This document shows, piece by piece, positions 6,693 to 14,927 of a stretch of DNA of 16,147 bases; position 1 is the first letter of the stretch, and every line of letters starts with the position of its first letter. The notes beneath the pieces are model-generated. The model did not search any database and had not been told where the DNA came from. It was given only the letters and a program-made list of their open reading frames with translations. This DNA is from Candidatus Izemoplasmatales bacterium (GTDB taxonomy: Bacteria; Bacillota_I; Bacilli_A; Izemoplasmatales; Hujiaoplasmataceae), in contig JBFXGX010000013.1 of the NCBI GenBank assembly GCA_050177605.1, forward strand, positions 1 to 16,147, in the 5' to 3' direction. Made by a program: the position numbers and the translations under genes.

Positions 6693-8555
6693 TTATCCAT
6701 TTCTTTTTTGTTTTAAGTAAATTAATAACATCTGAATATCTGCAGGATTCACTCCGCTGATACGAGAAGCTTGACCAATTGATAACGGTCTAACCTTATC
6801 CAATTTTTGTCTAGCCTCTAAAGCAAGGTTCGTTACATCACTGTATTTGATATCTTCAGGAATTAGGATTTTTTCTTCTTTCTCAAGTTTTTCGGCTTCT
6901 TTTAAGGATTTTTGAATATATCCTTCATATTTAACACCAATTTCTACTTGTTCGAAAACATCCTTTGTATATTCTTTTTCAAATGGCGCATAGATAACTA
7001 AATCATCGATGCCGATTTCTGGTCTTTTTAAATACTCGATTAAAGATATTCTCGCGTTTGGCAAGGGAAGATTCTTACTTTCTAGGTAAGAGGCAACCTC
7101 TTTTGTCGGTGTAATTGTCGTGGTCGATAGAATTTCTTTAACTTCACTGATATTCTTCAGTTTTTCTTCAAATGAATGATATCTTGCATCACTGATTAAT
7201 CCTATATCATGACCATACTTTGTTAGTCGAATATCGGCGTTATCATGTCTTAACAATAAGCGAAACTCCGCTCTCGATGTTAACATACGATACGGTTCTT
7301 TCGTTCCTTTTGTCACTAAATCATCAATCAGTACACCAATATAAGCTTCATCTCTTCTTAAAATCAGTGGTTCTTTATGGTCGATTTTTAAACTTGCATT
7401 GAGCCCTGCCATAAAGCCTTGAACTGCGGCCTCTTCATATCCACTTGTACCATTGACTTGACCAGCAAAATACAAGTTTTCAATGATTTTTGATTCTAAC
7501 GTTGGGTATAAGGTCATCGCATCGATTGCATCATATTCAATCGCATACGCATATTTCGCAATCACTGCATTTTCAAGTCCAGGAAGAGAATGAACCATTT
7601 CTTCTTGAATTTCATGCGGCATTGATGTCGAAAATCCTTGTAAGTAAACTTCATCAATAAATTGACTTTCTGGCTCAATAAATAATTGATGTCTTTCTTT
7701 ATCACTAAAACGAACCAATTTATCTTCAATTGAAGGGCAATACCTTGGTCCAACACCTTCCACGATTCCACTATACATCGAAGACTCGTTTAAGTGTTCA
7801 TAGATAATATCATGCGTTACTTTCGCGGTATGAATCAAATAACATGGCCATTCTTCTTGATCTTTATTCAGCGTTCCCTCTTCATAGGAAAATTGATAGA
7901 TAAATCCGTCTCCAGGGCTTAACTCCATTTTTGAAAAATCAACTGAATCTCTTTTGATTCTTGGTGGGGTTCCTGTTTTTAAACGATAGGTTTTATGACC
8001 CAATTCTCTCAGTTGTTCCGATAGTCCAATCGAAGGTTTTTGTTTGTCTGGCCCAGATGACGTTTTGGTTTTACCAACAAGTACGGCCCCAGCCATATAA
8101 GTTCCTGTCGTAATGACAACGGCGGACCCAAAGTAATCCTGACCATTTTCGAGTGATACACCAATCACTTTATTGTTTTCGACGATTAATTTTTTAACAT
8201 ACGCTTCTACCAAAGTTAAATTCGGCTCCTTTTGGAGTGTAGAAAGCATTTCTTTTGGGTAAAGCACTTTATCTGATTGTGCTCTGAGCGCTCTTACTGC
8301 AGGCCCTTTTGAACTATTAAGCATTTTCATTTGCAATGCAGTCTTATCCGCATTTTTCCCCATCTCTCCACCAAGGGCATCGAGTTCCCGTACGAGCGTT
8401 CCCTTCGCTGGTCCACCAATGGAAGGATTACATGGCATAGACGCAATCATTTTAAGATTACCACTAACGAGTAGTGTTTTTTTATTTGTTCTAGCGGCTG
8501 CGAGGGCAGCTTCACTGCCGGCGTGTCCGCCACCAATCACGATAATATCGTACAT
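6693..8555 (-). CDS. mnmG: tRNA U34 5-carboxymethylaminomethyl modification enzyme MnmG (GidA)
   Basis: GGGHAG FAD motif, MPCNPSIGG, RLKTGTPPR, GPRYCPSIEDK and AGQVNGTSGYEEAA. Start placed at MYDII (ATG 8555); the ORF track extends it to 8573. Confidence 0.98.
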   Translation of the reverse strand: MYDIIVIGGGHAGSEAALAAARTNKKTLLVSGNLKMIASMPCNPSIGGPAKGTLVRELDALGGEMGKNADKTALQMKMLNSSKGPAVRALRAQSDKVLYPKEMLSTLQKEPNLTLVEAYVKKLIVENNKVIGVSLENGQDYFGSAVVITTGTYMAGAVLVGKTKTSSGPDKQKPSIGLSEQLRELGHKTYRLKTGTPPRIKRDSVDFSKMELSPGDGFIYQFSYEEGTLNKDQEEWPCYLIHTAKVTHDIIYEHLNESSMYSGIVEGVGPRYCPSIEDKLVRFSDKERHQLFIEPESQFIDEVYLQGFSTSMPHEIQEEMVHSLPGLENAVIAKYAYAIEYDAIDAMTLYPTLESKIIENLYFAGQVNGTSGYEEAAVQGFMAGLNASLKIDHKEPLILRRDEAYIGVLIDDLVTKGTKEPYRMLTSRAEFRLLLRHDNADIRLTKYGHDIGLISDARYHSFEEKLKNISEVKEILSTTTITPTKEVASYLESKNLPLPNARISLIEYLKRPEIGIDDLVIYAPFEKEYTKDVFEQVEIGVKYEGYIQKSLKEAEKLEKEEKILIPEDIKYSDVTNLALEARQKLDKVRPLSIGQASRISGVNPADIQMLLIYLKQKRNG

Positions 8556-8578
8556 AAAATCACATTCTTTCAAAGACT

Positions 8579-8607
8579 ATTTTACTAAATTCTTACTTGT
8601 AAGTAAA
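8579..8607 (-). promoter_or_regulatory. Putative sigma-A promoter of mnmG
   Basis: TTTACT (8607-8602), 17 nt, TAAAAT (8584-8579), directly downstream of a terminator. Confidence 0.6.
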
Positions 8608-8615
8608 GCAAGTTG

Positions 8616-8640
8616 AAAAAACACCCAAACGAGTTGGATG
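8616..8640 (-). terminator. Intrinsic terminator after the HAD gene
   Basis: CATCCAA-CTCGT-TTGGGTG-TTTTTT immediately after the TAA stop. Confidence 0.75.
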
Positions 8641-9402
8641 TTAGATTAAACCAAAATGTTTTAGTGCATCATAAACGCCGCCGACACTCACATCGGTCGT
8701 AACATAATCACTCACTTTTTTCACTTCTTCTTTCGCATTACCCATCGCAATCCCGGTATGCGCTTTTTGTATCATCGAGATATCATTATAAGCATCACCG
8801 ATGGCATAGACTTCATTTTCTGGGTACTTTAAGTAGTCCACTAAATAAGACATTCCATCCGCTTTTAAGTCCCCTTTGATGTTAATATCGTAGCCTAAAT
8901 CTGAAGCTTTATTAATTACAAATTCAGGAAACTCTTTACGTAACTCATCAATGATATGATGGTCAAAAACATTAAAAGCTAAAATCGGATGATGGTAATG
9001 GTAATCTTTATCGACGGTTGGTCGTTTTACTTGAAAATAATCCGCAAATAAATCTGCTTGATTGGTTTCTTTTCGGTAAGCGACATAGTGATTCGTTGCT
9101 TCACTTACGATATCTATTTTATGTAAATCTGCAAACTCAAATAATCGCTCAATCAGTGGAATTTCAATCTTCTTTTCAACCAGTAACATTCCTCTTGATA
9201 CGATATAACTACCACTAGCACAAATATACGTATCTATTTGAAGTTCCTGTAAAATATCTTCTGCTAAATAAGGAACCCTTCCAGTTGCGACTACAGGAAG
9301 ATGTCCATTTGCTTTAAGCATTTTGATTGCTTCGATTGAATTTTTAGCTGGATGTCCATTTTCTAATAAAGTTCCATCGAGATCCATAAATACAATTGCC
9401 AT
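8641..9402 (-). CDS. Cof-type HAD-IIB hydrolase
   Basis: DLDGTL motif I, ATGR motif II, K motif III, and GDAYNDISM...AMGNA motif IV. Confidence 0.95.
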   Translation of the reverse strand: MAIVFMDLDGTLLENGHPAKNSIEAIKMLKANGHLPVVATGRVPYLAEDILQELQIDTYICASGSYIVSRGMLLVEKKIEIPLIERLFEFADLHKIDIVSEATNHYVAYRKETNQADLFADYFQVKRPTVDKDYHYHHPILAFNVFDHHIIDELRKEFPEFVINKASDLGYDINIKGDLKADGMSYLVDYLKYPENEVYAIGDAYNDISMIQKAHTGIAMGNAKEEVKKVSDYVTTDVSVGGVYDALKHFGLI

Positions 9403-9427
9403 ACTTTCACGCTACTTTCCATAAAAA

Positions 9428-9542
9428 GAATCTCTTCTGAAGCATCTCCACCCACATAAATACCTTACTTAAGGCTGCTTCCGTCAAGACCTGACCTAAT
9501 TCGTGGATAGTTATTGAGTGAAGATGCTTCATAAGAGATTCC
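9428..9542 (-). ncRNA. ffs: Small (4.5S-type) signal recognition particle RNA
   Basis: Long hairpin (GAATCTCTT/AAGAGATTC, TGAAGCATCT/AGATGCTTCA) capped by the helix-8 motif TCAGG-TCT-TGAC-GGA-AGCAG. It has its own promoter and a 3' T run, and follows tadA as scr does in Bacillus. Confidence 0.93.
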
Positions 9543-9548
9543 TAAAAT

Positions 9549-9576
9549 ATTATATCATATGTTCTCTTTATTTCAA
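9549..9576 (-). promoter_or_regulatory. sigma-A promoter of ffs
   Basis: TTGAAA (9576-9571), 16 nt, TG-A-TATAAT (-10 at 9554-9549). Predicted +1 near G9542, the first base of the hairpin. Confidence 0.8.
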
Positions 9577-10032
9577 CTCTTTTTGATTCCGTAATTCTTT
9601 AAAAAAACGCTTTAACATCGCACTGGACTGTTCATCCATTAAACCACTTTCAACACGAACTTCATGGTTAAATGGCAAAGCGAAAATATTCGTTAACGAT
9701 TGGTGCACACCGCTTTTAGGTTCTTTGGAAGCATAGACCAGTCTTTCAACTCTCGATTGAATCATCGTTCCAGCGCACATCGCACAAGGTTCGAGGGTAA
9801 CATATACAGTGCATCCATCGAGCCGCCAAGAACCAAGTTTTCTACATGCTTCATCCATCGCTTTCATTTCTGCGTGCATAAAGACATGTTGGGAGGTTTC
9901 TCTTTCATTGTGACCTCTAGCGATGATACTATCATCTTTCACAATCACGCAACCTACAGGAACTTCTCCTAGCTGATAAGCTTCGAGCGCTTCCTTTAAG
10001 GCTTCCTCCATAAAAAACTGATCTCTATTCAT
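9568..10032 (-). CDS. tadA: tRNA adenosine(34) deaminase TadA / nucleoside deaminase family
   Basis: GEVPVG, HAE and TLEPCAMC zinc motifs, C-terminal FF..LR, and tadA-ffs synteny. Confidence 0.85.
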   Translation of the reverse strand: MNRDQFFMEEALKEALEAYQLGEVPVGCVIVKDDSIIARGHNERETSQHVFMHAEMKAMDEACRKLGSWRLDGCTVYVTLEPCAMCAGTMIQSRVERLVYASKEPKSGVHQSLTNIFALPFNHEVRVESGLMDEQSSAMLKRFFKELRNQKELK

Positions 10033-10639
10033 CCTTTGTCACAAACTTTTCGTAAGTCACAGGACGGTCGGGAACTTCATGACAATGACGGCATCTTGCT
10101 TCATAGGAATCTTTCGCTCCTACTAAGATGATAGGGTCATGATAATTTGCAGGTCTACCGTTAATAATACGTTGGGTTCTTGTCGCTGGAGTATGGCATT
10201 TAACGCAGATTGCGGATAACTTTGTAACTTCTTCAGCTAACGCTAATAATTTTGGCATAAAAGAAAAAGGTTCTCCTCTAAAATCACGGTCTAATCCGCT
10301 CACAATAACACGGATACCATGACTAGCAAGGTATTCACATATTTCAACTGCGTCTTCATCTAAAAATTGAATTTCATCAATTGCGACAACTTCCGTATAA
10401 TCGTCCACATAATCCATAATTTCGCTAGCTTTAGAGATATTTATTGATCTAGTACGATTATTATTATGGCTTACAACTTCATTTTCAGCATAACGATTAT
10501 CGATCATCGGTTTAAATACAATAATGTTTTGTTTGGCGTATTCAAGACGCTTAACACGACGAATAAGTTCTTCTGTTTTTCCGGCGAACATCGGTCCCGT
10601 AATGACTTCAATCCATCCATCTCTTTGTTTAATATACAT
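10025..10639 (-). CDS. tdk: Thymidine kinase
   Basis: GPMFAGKTEEL, IDEIQF, GLDRDFRGEPF, C-terminal zinc cysteines and YEARCR. SD AGGAGG. Confidence 0.97.
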   Translation of the reverse strand: MYIKQRDGWIEVITGPMFAGKTEELIRRVKRLEYAKQNIIVFKPMIDNRYAENEVVSHNNNRTRSINISKASEIMDYVDDYTEVVAIDEIQFLDEDAVEICEYLASHGIRVIVSGLDRDFRGEPFSFMPKLLALAEEVTKLSAICVKCHTPATRTQRIINGRPANYHDPIILVGAKDSYEARCRHCHEVPDRPVTYEKFVTKDE

Positions 10640-10687
10640 GAAACAATCCCTCCTATAATACGTTTACCATTATACAAAAAAGAAAAT

Positions 10688-10717
10688 AAAAAAGCCATAC
10701 GATGATGGCTTTTTTTT
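10688..10717 (-). terminator. Terminator after rpmE, potentially bidirectional
   Basis: A6-GCCAT-(6 nt)-ATGGC-T8 on the plus strand. A TATAAT (10674-10669, minus strand) just downstream may be the tdk -10. Confidence 0.85.
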
Positions 10718-10729
10718 GTTTTAATTAAA

Positions 10730-10939
10730 TTATTTTTCGTCGATACCGTAACGTTTGTTAAACTTGTCAATACGTCCAGCGGCTTGAATGGATTTTTGTT
10801 TTCCAGTGAAGAATGGATGACAGTTTGAACATGTATCAACTTTAATTTCTTTTGAAGTTGATCCTGTTTCAAATGTATTCCCGCAAGTTGAACAAGTAAT
10901 TGTAACAGTATGATACTTTGGATGGATTCCGTTTTTCAT
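10730..10939 (-). CDS. rpmE: 50S ribosomal protein bL31, zinc-binding type
   Basis: [23 protein letters not shown] and [11 protein letters not shown]. Start placed at ATG 10939, 8 nt after the SD AAGGAG. Confidence 0.97.
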   Translation of the reverse strand: MKNGIHPKYHTVTITCSTCGNTFETGSTSKEIKVDTCSNCHPFFTGKQKSIQAAGRIDKFNKRYGIDEK

Positions 10940-11003
10940 CGTTTTAACTCCTTCTGCCATGATTTTTTAAGTCATAGAAAGTTTTTTTTATTTCGCACAA
11001 CGT

Positions 11004-11032
11004 ATTATAACAAATTCAAATCTATAATGCAA
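11004..11032 (-). promoter_or_regulatory. sigma-A promoter of rpmE
   Basis: TTGCAT, 17-nt spacer ending in TGT, TATAAT. Confidence 0.8.
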
Positions 11033-11046
11033 GAAAAAAATCATCT

Positions 11047-12273
11047 TTACTCAATTCTTAAAATCGCATCAATTCGCTCTTTGATTGGTGGATGTGAATA
11101 CATCAATTTGACATAGAGAGGATGCGGTGTTAGATTCGAGAAATTATTCCGAGCGAGAACGGTTAATGCAGAAATCATCGATTCTATTTGGTAATGAGTA
11201 ACACTATATTTATCAGCCTCATATTCATGAACTCTCGAGAAATAATTTGTAACAAATCCGAGGAGAATCTCAAGCGGAGATAATAGCACAAGGAACAAGA
11301 TAAGTCCGAAACCTAGTTCGATGTCATTCACCCCAAAAGCAGTGTAAAATCCAACTAGATTTAAGACAAAATAGAGTGCCACCATGTAAAAAACAAGAAT
11401 GAATGCTGTTTGAAACATTCCTTTGATAATATGGTTGTGCTTTGAATGTCCAATCTCATGAGCGAGAACACTGACTACTTCTTCTACAGACATTTTATCG
11501 ATAAGTGTATCATATAAAACAATTTGTTTCATCTTACCAAAGCCTGAAAAATAAGCATTGAGTTTGGTGGAACGAAGCGAAGCATTCATCACGCTTATTT
11601 TTGAAATATGAATTCCTTCCTTTTCCGCAAACTTCATTATTTCTTCCTTTAAAGGTCCTTCTTCAAGCGGTGTGAGTTTATTGAAAAGTGGGACAAATAA
11701 CTTCACATACAACATATTGACTAAAACAAGAATGGTCATTAATGCAATATAGGTGTAAACATAAAATGTCCACGAAATATTTTGGTATAACACAGCGACA
11801 AGATATAATAAGGCACCACCAAGAACGATTGATAAAATGAGTCCTTTCAACTTATCTGAAACAAATCGCTTTTTTGTTGTTTTGTTGAAGCCATATTTTT
11901 CCTCGATTTTAAATGTATGATAGTAATCAAACATAAAGTCAAGGATAAATGATAGAATAAAGTATCCAAACATAAAGAACAAGGTCTGAAGCGGGATGTA
12001 ATCTGTCAGTCGAATACTGACTTCCGATAATATCCCGAAAAATCCTGAGAACAACAAGATTAAGATTAAAACTGTGTTGATCAGATTTTTCAGTGTGTCA
12101 AATTTAAATGTATCCATAAAATACTTTAACCATTTTTCATATTTAGGTAATTCATATACGTTTTCTACCGTTGCGGGAATAACCGCATTTCTATTTTTAT
12201 AGTTTAAATAGGATACGTAAAAAGAAAATAAACTTGTACCCAAGAATAAAACCAAAACAATGATTTGATACAT
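11047..12273 (-). CDS. M48 family membrane zinc metallopeptidase (Ste24-like)
   Basis: Multiple TM segments, IEEKYGFN, NAYFSG, HEIGH (HEXXH), EYEAD and SHPP. Confidence 0.94.
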   Translation of the reverse strand: MYQIIVLVLFLGTSLFSFYVSYLNYKNRNAVIPATVENVYELPKYEKWLKYFMDTFKFDTLKNLINTVLILILLFSGFFGILSEVSIRLTDYIPLQTLFFMFGYFILSFILDFMFDYYHTFKIEEKYGFNKTTKKRFVSDKLKGLILSIVLGGALLYLVAVLYQNISWTFYVYTYIALMTILVLVNMLYVKLFVPLFNKLTPLEEGPLKEEIMKFAEKEGIHISKISVMNASLRSTKLNAYFSGFGKMKQIVLYDTLIDKMSVEEVVSVLAHEIGHSKHNHIIKGMFQTAFILVFYMVALYFVLNLVGFYTAFGVNDIELGFGLILFLVLLSPLEILLGFVTNYFSRVHEYEADKYSVTHYQIESMISALTVLARNNFSNLTPHPLYVKLMYSHPPIKERIDAILRIE

Positions 12274-12283
12274 GATATTCCTC

Positions 12284-12847
12284 CTAGATTAAATCGTATT
12301 TTTTTAATTCTTGATATAACCTTTGAACAGGTAATCCCATCACTGTAAAATAATCTCCCGTTACTGAAACAACAAACTTGGAACCTTTTCCTTGAATTGC
12401 ATAGGCTCCTGCTTTATCCATCGGTTCATTGGTTAAAATGTAATTATCGATCTCTTCTTCTGACATTTCTGCGAAGTTAACTCTTGTTTTAACATAAAAA
12501 GATGTTGAAACTTTTTTGGAGATAATGGCCGCGCCTGTAATGACAAAATGGGTTTTTCCAGATAGTTTCTTTAACATCCCTTTTGCATCTTCTTTATCTT
12601 TTGGCTTTCCGAGTAATTCGTCATCAATCAATACCAACGTATCAAATCCTAAAACCGTATCCTCTTTATGGGTTCTAAAGATATCTGATGCCTTTTGAAA
12701 AGCAAGGTCCATCACAGCTTCTTCATAGGGTAATTCCTCATCAATTACTTCCTCTATATTCGATGTGATTACTTCATATTCTTCAATCACTTGTTTTAAT
12801 AATTCTCTTCTTCTTGGCGAATTGCTCGCAAGGATAAATTTCGACAT
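12284..12847 (-). CDS. maf: Maf family nucleoside triphosphate pyrophosphatase (YhdE type)
   Basis: ILASNSPRRRELL, DT, GKP, DKAGAYAIQG and VMGLP. Start placed at ATG 12847 after AGGAAGGTG. Confidence 0.95.
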   Translation of the reverse strand: MSKFILASNSPRRRELLKQVIEEYEVITSNIEEVIDEELPYEEAVMDLAFQKASDIFRTHKEDTVLGFDTLVLIDDELLGKPKDKEDAKGMLKKLSGKTHFVITGAAIISKKVSTSFYVKTRVNFAEMSEEEIDNYILTNEPMDKAGAYAIQGKGSKFVVSVTGDYFTVMGLPVQRLYQELKKYDLI

Positions 12848-12870
12848 AATAAACACCTTCCTTGTGAACC

Positions 12871-12879
12871 ATTATACCA
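12871..12879 (-). promoter_or_regulatory. Extended -10 promoter of maf and the M48 gene
   Basis: TG-G-TATAAT a short distance upstream of the maf SD. Confidence 0.6.
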
Positions 12880-12934
12880 TAGCTATACGAGAGATGGTAG
12901 AAGTTGATTTCACCACAATTTCATCACAGTTTCT

Positions 12935-13011
12935 TGATATAATATCCGTTAATGTATTTTCATTAAAAATAAATAATCCACTCGAAGCAAATGCCTTATT
13001 TGTGGTACAAT
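12935..13011 (+). promoter_or_regulatory. Two candidate extended -10 promoters for tilS-hpt-ftsH
   Basis: TG-A-TATAAT (12935-12943) and TG-G-TACAAT (13003-13011), both with weak -35 boxes. Confidence 0.5.
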
Positions 13012-13043
13012 AGAGGCATATTGAATGAAGGGAGTTCTTACAG

Positions 13044-14369
13044 ATGGTGTTAAAATTTAATCAATCTCTGTTTGTAAAGCATGGAAGCTATGTCGTTGCG
13101 GTCAGTGGCGGAATAGATTCGATGGTTTTGTTATCGTTAATGAATGCATTAAAAGACGAACTCCACTTAACGCTATACGCGCTTCATATGAACTATCATA
13201 AACGGGATAGCGCACTTCGTGACCAACAAATTGTTGAAAAATATTGTAAAAATAACAACATTGAATGTATGATTGCTGACTTCATTGATTCCCCCTTTGG
13301 AAACTTCCAACAGGAAGCTCGGAATCAGCGATACAATCAACTCTATCATTTCTCAAAGAAAGTTGGCGCTGAGGCAATCTGCTTAGCCCACCACGCAGAT
13401 GACCAGATGGAAACCATTCTAATGCGGTTGAACCGAGGTTCCTCATTTGTCGGATATGCCGGAATGAAGGAAGTGTCTTTATACAAAGATATGCCGTTGT
13501 TTAGACCTTTACTGGCAGAATCTAAAGACAACATTATCGCATTTGCGAAAGAAATGAATATTCCCTTTGGCTTTGATGAAACCAACGACCAAGACGAATA
13601 TACAAGGAATCGATTCCGTCACACGATAACCCCTTTCTTAAAAAAAGAGAATCCAAAAGCATTACAAAAGTGGAATGAATTCTCAGAAGATATTTTGGAT
13701 AGTTATCATCTTATTTCAAAATTATCCAATCAATTTCTTGAAGAGTTCTTAGTAAGCAACAACGAACGTTATCAGATTGAACTCAATCGCTTCTTGGGCG
13801 AAGAAAAAATTATTCAAAAAGACATTTTGAAGAAACTCGTGAATCTCGCTAGTAAAAACGCGACTGAATTAACGAAAGAACATATGGAGGATATCTACAA
13901 AATCATCCATTCTTCCAAACCAAATTTAAAGAAAAAGCTAGATCAACACTTATTTATCCAAAAATCCTATCAAGTGCTTTCGTTTCAAGAAAAGGAAATG
14001 AAACCAAATTCCTACGAATTTAAGTTAACGACTTTCGGGGAAGTTTCTCTCCCTAATGATTACATCATTACAATTTCTCAAAACGAACGCAATAATAGTG
14101 GTAAAACAATTGAATTATGGTATAATAATCTAGATTCGTTATTCCCAATAACTTTCCGTTCTCGCAAAGACAAAGATACAATTAGACTAACTTATGGCAC
14201 AAAAAAACTCAAAGATTTCTTTATTGATAAAAAAATTCCATTAATCGAAAGAAATGAATTACCTTTGATCATTGACGCAACTGGTGAAATTATCTGTATC
14301 CCAAATATATATACATTTAAACCTGACGTGAGAGAAACGAAAATCTATATTACTTATCAGAAAGGATAA
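13044..14369 (+). CDS. tilS: tRNA(Ile)-lysidine synthetase TilS
   Basis: SGGIDS PP-loop, AR..RY, AHHADDQMET, RPLL, DETN, RNRFRH and C-terminal KKLKDFFID. tilS-hpt-ftsH synteny. Confidence 0.97.
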   Translation: MVLKFNQSLFVKHGSYVVAVSGGIDSMVLLSLMNALKDELHLTLYALHMNYHKRDSALRDQQIVEKYCKNNNIECMIADFIDSPFGNFQQEARNQRYNQLYHFSKKVGAEAICLAHHADDQMETILMRLNRGSSFVGYAGMKEVSLYKDMPLFRPLLAESKDNIIAFAKEMNIPFGFDETNDQDEYTRNRFRHTITPFLKKENPKALQKWNEFSEDILDSYHLISKLSNQFLEEFLVSNNERYQIELNRFLGEEKIIQKDILKKLVNLASKNATELTKEHMEDIYKIIHSSKPNLKKKLDQHLFIQKSYQVLSFQEKEMKPNSYEFKLTTFGEVSLPNDYIITISQNERNNSGKTIELWYNNLDSLFPITFRSRKDKDTIRLTYGTKKLKDFFIDKKIPLIERNELPLIIDATGEIICIPNIYTFKPDVRETKIYITYQKG

Positions 14370-14373
14370 AAAG

Positions 14374-14916
14374 ATGTTAGAAAAAGACATTGAACGCATT
14401 CTCGTTAGCGAAGAACAAATAAAAGAAGTATCAAAAAAACTAGGTGAACAAATCACATTAGATTATGCAGGTAAACAACCAGTGATCATTGGATTATTAA
14501 AAGGTTGTGTTCCCTTCTTATCTGAACTTCTAAAAAGTATCGACTTATATTGTGAGATCGAACTGATGGGCGTATCTTCCTATCATGGCGGTATTGCTTC
14601 TTCTGGTGATGTAAAAATCACAAAAGATTTAGACAAACCAGTGATTGGTAAACATGTCATCATCGCAGAAGATATCGTTGATACAGGAAAGACCTTAGCT
14701 GTCATTCGTGACTTGTTATTACATCGGGGTGCCGCAAGTGTTGAAGTTGTTACACTTCTAGATAAACCATCTGGAAGAGTTGTCCCTTTTGAACCAAAAT
14801 ATATCGGCGTTACCATACCAAAAGAATTTGTCGTTGGCTTCGGTCTTGATTATGATGAACTCTATCGTAATCTACCTTATGTAGGGGTCCTGAAACCATC
14901 TGTCTATAAGAAATAA
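14374..14916 (+). CDS. hpt: Hypoxanthine phosphoribosyltransferase
   Basis: [21 protein letters not shown] loop, FVVGFGLDY and RNLP. Confidence 0.97.
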   Translation: MLEKDIERILVSEEQIKEVSKKLGEQITLDYAGKQPVIIGLLKGCVPFLSELLKSIDLYCEIELMGVSSYHGGIASSGDVKITKDLDKPVIGKHVIIAEDIVDTGKTLAVIRDLLLHRGAASVEVVTLLDKPSGRVVPFEPKYIGVTIPKEFVVGFGLDYDELYRNLPYVGVLKPSVYKK

Positions 14917-14927
14917 AGGAGGAAATT

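Noticed and set aside
10504..10872. 122-aa alternative-frame ORF across rpmE and tdk
   Set aside because: It overlaps two well-supported genes, crosses a terminator and has no recognisable motifs.
12848..13043. Switch in gene orientation as a possible replication origin
   Set aside because: No TTATCCACA box cluster and no dnaA or dnaN. Divergent promoters explain the region.
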